From Flavobacteriaceae bacterium (GTDB taxonomy: Bacteria; Bacteroidota; Bacteroidia; Flavobacteriales; Flavobacteriaceae): DNA of 32,000 nucleotides. Made by a program: the position numbers and the translations under genes. Shown in pieces: positions 26,873-32,000 of the stretch. Below the pieces are notes generated by a model. That model had not been told where the DNA came from. It did no database searches and was given only the letters and a program-made list of their open reading frames with translations. Each line of letters opens with the position of its first letter. The stretch's first letter is position 1. The stretch covers positions 2,910,001 to 2,942,000 of the forward strand of contig OZ245049.1 of NCBI GenBank assembly GCA_965224465.1, written 5' to 3'.

Positions 26873-27860
26873 TTTTTACGCGTTTTTATTTAATAAAATT
26901 GATTAAAAAAAAGATGAAATATCTATTAATAACCTTTCTTTAACACTCAAAACAAGGATTTGTAACCCCTCAGTCACCTACAAGAATATCACTTTTTTTT
27001 ATAATATCAAAATCTACCCAGTAAAGAGAAGCATATTTATAAGCGAAAAAAAGAAGAAATAAACACTCAGAATAAGGGCATCATAAAACAAAAAATAACA
27101 ATCAAAAGATCCGAAAACCACAAGATATAGCACAAACTATTCTTTGATTCTTATACATTGATGAAAACCATACAATTATCATTAAAACAAGTAAAACCCC
27201 ATCCGTTATAGACCTATAAATACTGCTCTTGAACATTTGGATCTGAAAAACCGACTAAAAATAAAATACCAAACAGTATATGCACAATTATAAACACCGT
27301 AAGATCAATAAAATACATCGGATAAAAACACATATACAGTTAGTAAGATACTGATTGGTATAATAACGGTATTTACCCGTTTAACAAAACTCATACTAAC
27401 ACCCTCGTAAAAAGAGTCCCTAGTTTTTATAAAAAGCAGTTGAATTCCTTAAGTACACGTAAGAAAACACCTGTCGATACTTCATAATATGAAGCCTTAG
27501 TAAATCCAAAATCGTTCGTTTAATTTTTAAGATTACTGTAACAAATCAATTCTTTATCCATGGTACATTCTACAATCTAAAACAAAAAAACCATATAACC
27601 TAAAAGTCACATAAAGAAATGAAAATACGCGTTTTATAAGAAAACAAGGATATGGAAGTTTTCTTATAGAATTCAGGATGAAAGAAAAACCAACAAAATC
27701 ATTTCATACAACACGACACATTTTATTAACACTAAAAACATCAGAAGCTTAAAAAACTGAAATAACATGGAGAATAGAGGGGAGCAACAGTTTAGATAAA
27801 ACGACTAAAAAAGGAAGTAGAATAGGGAAAAACAAGTTCAATTTCCTATGAAAAAACGCA

Positions 27861-27892
27861 GGTCTAAAAACCATATTTTAGACCTGTTTTTT
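27861..27892. terminator. bidirectional intrinsic terminator-like hairpin inside the ORF-free region
   Basis: AAAAAACGCA, then GGTCTAAAA (27861-27869), accata loop, TTTTAGACC (27876-27884), then TGTTTTTT. A-run upstream and T-run downstream. Confidence 0.55.
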
Positions 27893-28023
27893 ACGGCAAT
27901 TTCATCACTGATTTGGAGGTAATATTACAGGGTTTATAAGGGGAGAAATCTAAGAGGAAAAATTAAAGAATATTAGCTTTTAAAAACCAACAGAATCTGA
28001 TTGAATAAGGATGAATAAATCCG

Positions 28024-28057
28024 TTTAAATAGTACGGTCAAAATATAACTATTTAAA
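28024..28057. promoter_or_regulatory. inverted repeat TTTAAATAG-N16-CTATTTAAA (stem extendable to 11 bp GTTTAAATAGT/ACTATTTAAAC)
   Basis: 28023-28033 pairs perfectly with 28048-28058. The same 9-mer palindrome arms recur at 29617-29637. Confidence 0.35.
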
Positions 28058-28487
28058 CAATTATTCGTTTAAAATTTTGAGGTGTGTTAGTCTTCGAAAT
28101 ATGGAAAATCAAAAAAAACAGTTACTACTTTTTATACACAAACAAAACACCATGCGTGTCTTTAGGCTACAATTATATTTAAGCGATAAACGATAGTGAT
28201 GGCAATCCCCAGATTAAACCGTATCGATAAAACCAGCATAATCATCTAAAAAAAAGTAAAGGGTAACAGGTAAAATGAAAACGATAAAAATCAAAACCAC
28301 CCCATATTTATTAAATGTGCCCCAAATAATTACATGGAATAGCTTTGATTTGTTCTCATTCCTGCATTCTTAACTCTTATAAAAAAACGTTCCTGATTCT
28401 TATCTTAATACGCACTAGTCATTATTTAATATCAAGCAAAGCTCTTTCTACTTGAAAATCGTTTTATTAAATGCCGTGATCAAACGA

Positions 28488-28829
28488 TCAGCTCCTATCC
28501 TTATATATATATGATGCATCTCCAGACGATAATAGCCAACTACCAATTGATTTTATTGTTTTTGGAAGGACTTCATAACTAATTCCTTCTACTATGTATA
28601 GATATAATGTAAAGCCACTATCATAATAAGTGGCAATCACCTTTTGCTCATCTAAAATAGTTGGAATAATGATACTTGTATTCGGGAAATCATAGCTACA
28701 GGTCATCAAAAAATCATTTTTACTTACAAGACATTCATCATCAAGTAAATAAGCTTTCGTTTGAACGCAAAAAGAATTCCACAGTAAAAAAAAACTAAGA
28801 TCTCTAAAACACAGTGTTTGTTTCATCAA
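28488..28829 (-). CDS. hypothetical small protein (113 aa), hydrophobic N-terminus
   Basis: The only ORF of 60 aa or more between 26873 and 28914 apart from nothing-like fragments. N-terminal MMKQTLCFRDLSFFLLWNSFCVQT may be a signal peptide. No recognisable motif, so coding status is uncertain. Confidence 0.4.
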   Translation of the reverse strand: MMKQTLCFRDLSFFLLWNSFCVQTKAYLLDDECLVSKNDFLMTCSYDFPNTSIIIPTILDEQKVIATYYDSGFTLYLYIVEGISYEVLPKTIKSIGSWLLSSGDASYIYKDRS

Positions 28830-29078
28830 AAAAACTACTTAAAATTAAAAAAGTAAAACAGCCCCATTGGGAACGGATTGTTCTATAAAGTTAGCATACA
28901 ATCCCCTTACTTTTTCAAATAACGCATTTACTTGATAAACGTATGTAATTTTGGCGCGAGCGCATACGAATTGTACATAAAGGAACTTTTATTTTAAAAA
29001 ATAAAGAATAAAAAAGCAGTGTTATAAACCAAAAAAAGGAAGGTTTATAAAAAAGAGAAGGCAACTCTACGAAAGGTA

Positions 29079-29240
29079 TAATACAATTACAATCCAAAAT
29101 AACAGATATAAATAGTTTGTTACCCATTCTAGCGTTGTTAAAAAATAGACGATAGCTAAGACTATCTTTCCCTTTTTAGCCTAGTTAAACAAAAAATAAT
29201 TTTATTTCTAAACCATCATATAGAAATGTATTTGGCGTAA
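29079..29240 (+). repeat. copy C of the ~150-160 bp dispersed direct repeat
   Basis: ATACAATTACAATCCAAAATAACAGATATAAATAGTTTG...TCTAGCGTTGTTAAAAAATAGACGATAGCTAAG...CCTAGTTAAAC...TTTCTAAACCATCATATAGAAATGTATTTGG. Same orientation as A and B. Confidence 0.85.
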
Positions 29241-29616
29241 GAAGTAGGTAAAAAAAACATTATAAACTCATTTTTAAACAACAAAAACCGATGTAAATGA
29301 ACACAGGTTTAATTTTAGACGGCCATTTTTAAAATAAACCACCAACATTCGACAGCTTTTAACCAAAACGGGTGTTTTTTTTACAATCCTTTTGAAAGTA
29401 TCAAGGTTCTTTTTAAAAAAGAGAAGTCCTTATTATATTTTACGCATATATCTAATTGATTCCTACAAAGATATAAGCATAAACCCACGTTATGGCTGTG
29501 TTTATAAAAATAATAAAGTGAATAAAAACACGCTATTTAAATACAGAATTGGGGAATAACTGAAAGTTAATGTGTTCAAATTTCTGAATTCTACACTTGT
29601 TCAAGGGAATCTATAG

Positions 29617-29637
29617 TTTAAATAGAGACTATTTAAA
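29617..29637. promoter_or_regulatory. palindrome TTTAAATAG-aga-CTATTTAAA about 50 bp upstream of the DUF2490-like gene; candidate operator
   Basis: Perfect 9-bp arms (29617-29625 and 29629-29637). An extra half-site CTATTTAAA lies at 29533-29541. Confidence 0.35.
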
Positions 29638-29684
29638 TGAAATTTGCAGAAAAATAAACCACTTAAAAATTAAAGAAGTTAAAA

Positions 29685-30404
29685 ATGAAAGTTAACAAAA
29701 TTTATTACCTATTACTATTTTTAGTAACTACTATTTGTTCACAAGCGCAGACAATAGAAAGTTATAGTTCATGGAATTCTATAATCTTAGATTACAAAAT
29801 CAACAACGATTTTTATCTAAAAAACGAATCACATTTCAGGCGCACAAACTTTTTGGAAAATTGGCAACAAATATTGATTCGCCCTTCCATTCATTATAAA
29901 TTAGATAAATCGGTTGATTTATCAGTAGGATATACCTATGCAAAAAACTTTAGACAAAATATAAACTTTGTAGAAAACGGAACTTGGGAACAATTTATGC
30001 TCACACAGCATCATGGAAAATCGACATTTAAACATCGATTTCGTTTAGAACAACGATTTATAGACCAAGTTATCAAACAAGCAGACAATAGCTATGGAAT
30101 CGGGAGTACAGATTTTAAAATGCGATTGAGATATCGATTTACTTGGGGCATCCCATTATTTAAAGTGAGTGAAAATAAACATGTTTCATTTACAGCATTT
30201 GACGAGGTTTGGTTAAACACAAATAAAGGCATCAAACCAAAATCTTTAAATCAGAATTGGTTTTATGTTGGGTTATCCTATCCAATATTTAAAAACGCAT
30301 CCATCGGTATGGGGTATTTAAACACTTACGCACCAAAAGGAGCCAATATATTCTCATGTAATAACGTATTACAAACAACATTTAAGTACCATTTTAACAA
30401 ATAA
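29685..30404 (+). CDS. DUF2490-like predicted outer-membrane beta-barrel protein
   Basis: 239 aa. Signal peptide MKVNKIYYLLLFLVTTICSQAQ, alternating amphipathic strands and a C-terminal ...TTFKYHFNK. Its size and the N-terminal SWNSIILDYKINNDFYL...RPSIHYKL pattern match my recollection of DUF2490. Confidence 0.65.
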   Translation: MKVNKIYYLLLFLVTTICSQAQTIESYSSWNSIILDYKINNDFYLKNESHFRRTNFLENWQQILIRPSIHYKLDKSVDLSVGYTYAKNFRQNINFVENGTWEQFMLTQHHGKSTFKHRFRLEQRFIDQVIKQADNSYGIGSTDFKMRLRYRFTWGIPLFKVSENKHVSFTAFDEVWLNTNKGIKPKSLNQNWFYVGLSYPIFKNASIGMGYLNTYAPKGANIFSCNNVLQTTFKYHFNK

Positions 30405-30409
30405 AAAAA

Positions 30410-31228
30410 ATGAATATTAAAACAATAATTACAGTAGTAGCATTATCAACAATGATATTTGCTTGTAAAAGCGAAAAAAACAAAACTTCTAAAAAACAAG
30501 AAATTGCTGAAGCTACCATTAAGGCTCCAGAACATAAAGAAGCAAAACATTGGAGTTATGAAGGAGAAACAGGACCAGAACATTGGGCAGAATTTGTAAA
30601 AAACTCTCAATGTGGAGGAGAATTTCAATCACCTATAAACATTATTAGCTTAAAAAGTGATGTAGACAATACATTAAAAGCATTGGATTTACATTATGCT
30701 AAAAGCACAAAAATCCATAATGTAACAAACAACGGTCATTCTGTACAGTACAATTTTGAAGCTGGGAATTACATAAACTATAAAGGTGAGAAATATGCCT
30801 TAAAGCAAATTCATTTCCATGAATCAGCAGAACATACTATTGATGGTGTACGTTACCCAATGGTTATTCACATGGTACATGTAAGTGCCAAAGGTAAATA
30901 TGTAGTACTTGCAACTATGGTAAAAGAAGGAGAAACCAGTGCTCCTTTCACCTTTTTAGAACAATACTTACCTGTACAAAAAGGAGAAACAAAAACAATC
31001 GATCAAGGATTTGATTTGAACTTAAATTTACCAAAAGACAAAGGGTATTATAACTATGTTGGTTCTTTAACAACACCTCCATGTACAGAAGGTGTAAATT
31101 GGTTTATCTTTAAAAACCCAATTTCTATAACAACAGCACAGTTAAAAGAAATTCAAAAATTAATGCCTAAAAACAATTACAGAAACGAGAAACCATTACA
31201 TGGTAGAAAAGTTAAACAAACAAAATAA
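30410..31228 (+). CDS. alpha-class carbonic anhydrase, secreted or lipoprotein
   Basis: HWSYEGETGPEHW, QSPINI, QIHFHESAEHTIDG and VIHMVH (His ligands), GSLTTPPCTEGVNWFIF. N-terminal MNIKTIITVVALSTMIFACKSEK with a possible lipobox Cys. Starts 5 nt after the upstream stop. Confidence 0.9.
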   Translation: MNIKTIITVVALSTMIFACKSEKNKTSKKQEIAEATIKAPEHKEAKHWSYEGETGPEHWAEFVKNSQCGGEFQSPINIISLKSDVDNTLKALDLHYAKSTKIHNVTNNGHSVQYNFEAGNYINYKGEKYALKQIHFHESAEHTIDGVRYPMVIHMVHVSAKGKYVVLATMVKEGETSAPFTFLEQYLPVQKGETKTIDQGFDLNLNLPKDKGYYNYVGSLTTPPCTEGVNWFIFKNPISITTAQLKEIQKLMPKNNYRNEKPLHGRKVKQTK

Positions 31229-31270
31229 CATATAAAGTTTAAGCTGATTTAAATAATATATTTATCTTTG

Positions 31271-31313
31271 ATAACTGTGAATAAGCATCAATAGCTTATT
31301 CACAGTTATTTTT
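31271..31313 (+). terminator. intrinsic terminator after the alpha-CA gene
   Basis: ATAACTGTGAATAAGC (31271-31286), 7-nt loop, GCTTATTCACAGTTAT (31294-31309), then TTTT. Confidence 0.7.
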
Positions 31314-32000
31314 ATGAATATAGATTATAATTTTATCAGCTTTTTAGATACTCTAGCCATTATTCAAGGTCTTTTTTTTGGGATTATCCTTACGTATTTA
31401 AGTTTTAAAACCAATATTTCGAGGCTATATCTCGGGATTTTTGTGATTCTTTTCTCATTAGAACCGATTCCAAATATATTGGAAGAGTTAGAAATCTTAA
31501 AAAATTATCCGTTTTTAGAACTCCTTCCTACTCATTTTCATTTTTTAGCCTATCCCCTATTTTTTATATACATTCAAAAAATAACCATTCCTAAAATTAA
31601 AAAAATAAAGTATTGGATTTTAATCCCTGGTGGCATCGAATTATTAATGGGACTAATTATTTTCTTTCTTCCTTTAGAAATTAAATTAAAAATAAAAGGG
31701 TCTTTCTTTGCCAATCTATACTTTGTGCTTGGTATGTTTTACTCTATTTTTATTGGTATTGTAGTTATTCGTAAGGTTTTACGACATCAAAAAGAAATAA
31801 ATAAGCAATTTTCTCAAACGCATTATAAGAATTTAGATTGGGCTAAAACCTTTATTTACGTCAGTATATTCTTTCAAATATTATTACTCCTAAACTTTTT
31901 TATAGGTTCACAACCTATTAATTATTTTCTCTCTATTTTAAATGTTTTATTAATTTACGGAGTATCCTATAAAGGAATTATTCAAGAAAAAACAGTGTCT
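31314..32000 (+). CDS. multi-pass membrane protein, 3' end beyond the window; possibly the N-terminal membrane domain of a membrane-bound AraC-type regulator
   Basis: Not in the track because there is no stop in the window. ATG 31314 opens 229 uninterrupted codons to 32000 (MNIDYNFISFLDTLAIIQGLFFGIILTYLSF...), with several hydrophobic helices. The regulator assignment is only an analogy to common Flavobacteriia architectures. Confidence 0.55.
   Translation, partial: MNIDYNFISFLDTLAIIQGLFFGIILTYLSFKTNISRLYLGIFVILFSLEPIPNILEELEILKNYPFLELLPTHFHFLAYPLFFIYIQKITIPKIKKIKYWILIPGGIELLMGLIIFFLPLEIKLKIKGSFFANLYFVLGMFYSIFIGIVVIRKVLRHQKEINKQFSQTHYKNLDWAKTFIYVSIFFQILLLLNFFIGSQPINYFLSILNVLLIYGVSYKGIIQEKTVS

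Noticed and set aside
28915-29127. Minus-strand 70-aa ORF
   Set aside because: It is hydrophobic low-complexity sequence typical of T-rich DNA. It runs into repeat copy C, and no equivalent ORF exists at copies A or B.
24796-29240. Interpreting the three repeats as integron attC sites (a CALIN-like cassette array)
   Set aside because: The gene-then-repeat spacing is suggestive. However, I could not find conserved R''/R' cores (RYYYAAC / GTTRRRY) at equivalent positions in all copies. There is no imperfect-palindrome architecture spanning the element and no integrase in the window. The idea is kept only as a minor alternative.
30446-30628. Minus-strand 60-aa ORF
   Set aside because: It is antisense to the 5' end of the alpha-carbonic anhydrase gene.
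1-32000. CRISPR arrays, tRNA, rRNA, tmRNA, RNase P, SRP RNA, transposases, integrases
   Set aside because: I scanned intergenic regions by eye for regularly spaced repeats, T-loop-like GGTTCGA motifs and conserved ncRNA boxes, and the ORF list for DDE or tyrosine-recombinase motifs. None were found. An Rfam/tRNAscan run would be needed for certainty.

Overview
A 32 kb, low-GC, A-rich segment that looks like a Flavobacteriia (Bacteroidota) chromosome: xTSC lipoboxes, no obvious Shine-Dalgarno sites, TTG starts, and DUF2490 and PKD/DPNKM-type modules. All protein calls come from reading motifs in the supplied translations or my own; no searches were run.

Two edge-truncated genes are missing from the ORF track:
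- A roughly 1806-codon alpha-2-macroglobulin lipoprotein on the minus strand (1-5419) with an intact CIEQ thioester motif.
- A multi-TM protein starting at 31314 (+).

Left to right, the window holds:
- A2M and a hemolysin-III/PAQR protein.
- A 720 bp ORF-poor spacer with two related hairpins.
- An LRR lipoprotein whose signal peptide is split off by a 1-nt frameshift in an A6 tract.
- An orphan CHASE3-HAMP histidine kinase.
- A Dus-family enzyme divergent from a TetR regulator.
- A SulP transporter with a beta-carbonic anhydrase.
- Ogt and TatD.
- An ECF sigma/anti-sigma pair, divergent from a lipoprotein, a PKD/beta-barrel protein, a secreted membrane-anchored TPR-CHAT (caspase-fold) protein and a small retropepsin-like protease.
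- A low-coding-density region (24.8-29.7 kb).
- A DUF2490-like barrel coupled to an alpha-carbonic anhydrase.

The low-coding region contains three direct copies of a roughly 150 bp repeat, a second TetR, a transglutaminase-like protein, a 1.6 kb stretch with no ORF of 60 aa or more, and recurring TTTAAATAG palindromes.

The two best candidates for something undescribed are (1) the ECF/anti-sigma plus lipoprotein/PKD-barrel/periplasmic CHAT/retropepsin cluster and (2) the three-copy repeat family with cassette-like gene spacing next to the gene desert. No rRNA, tRNA, CRISPR array or intact mobile element was recognised.
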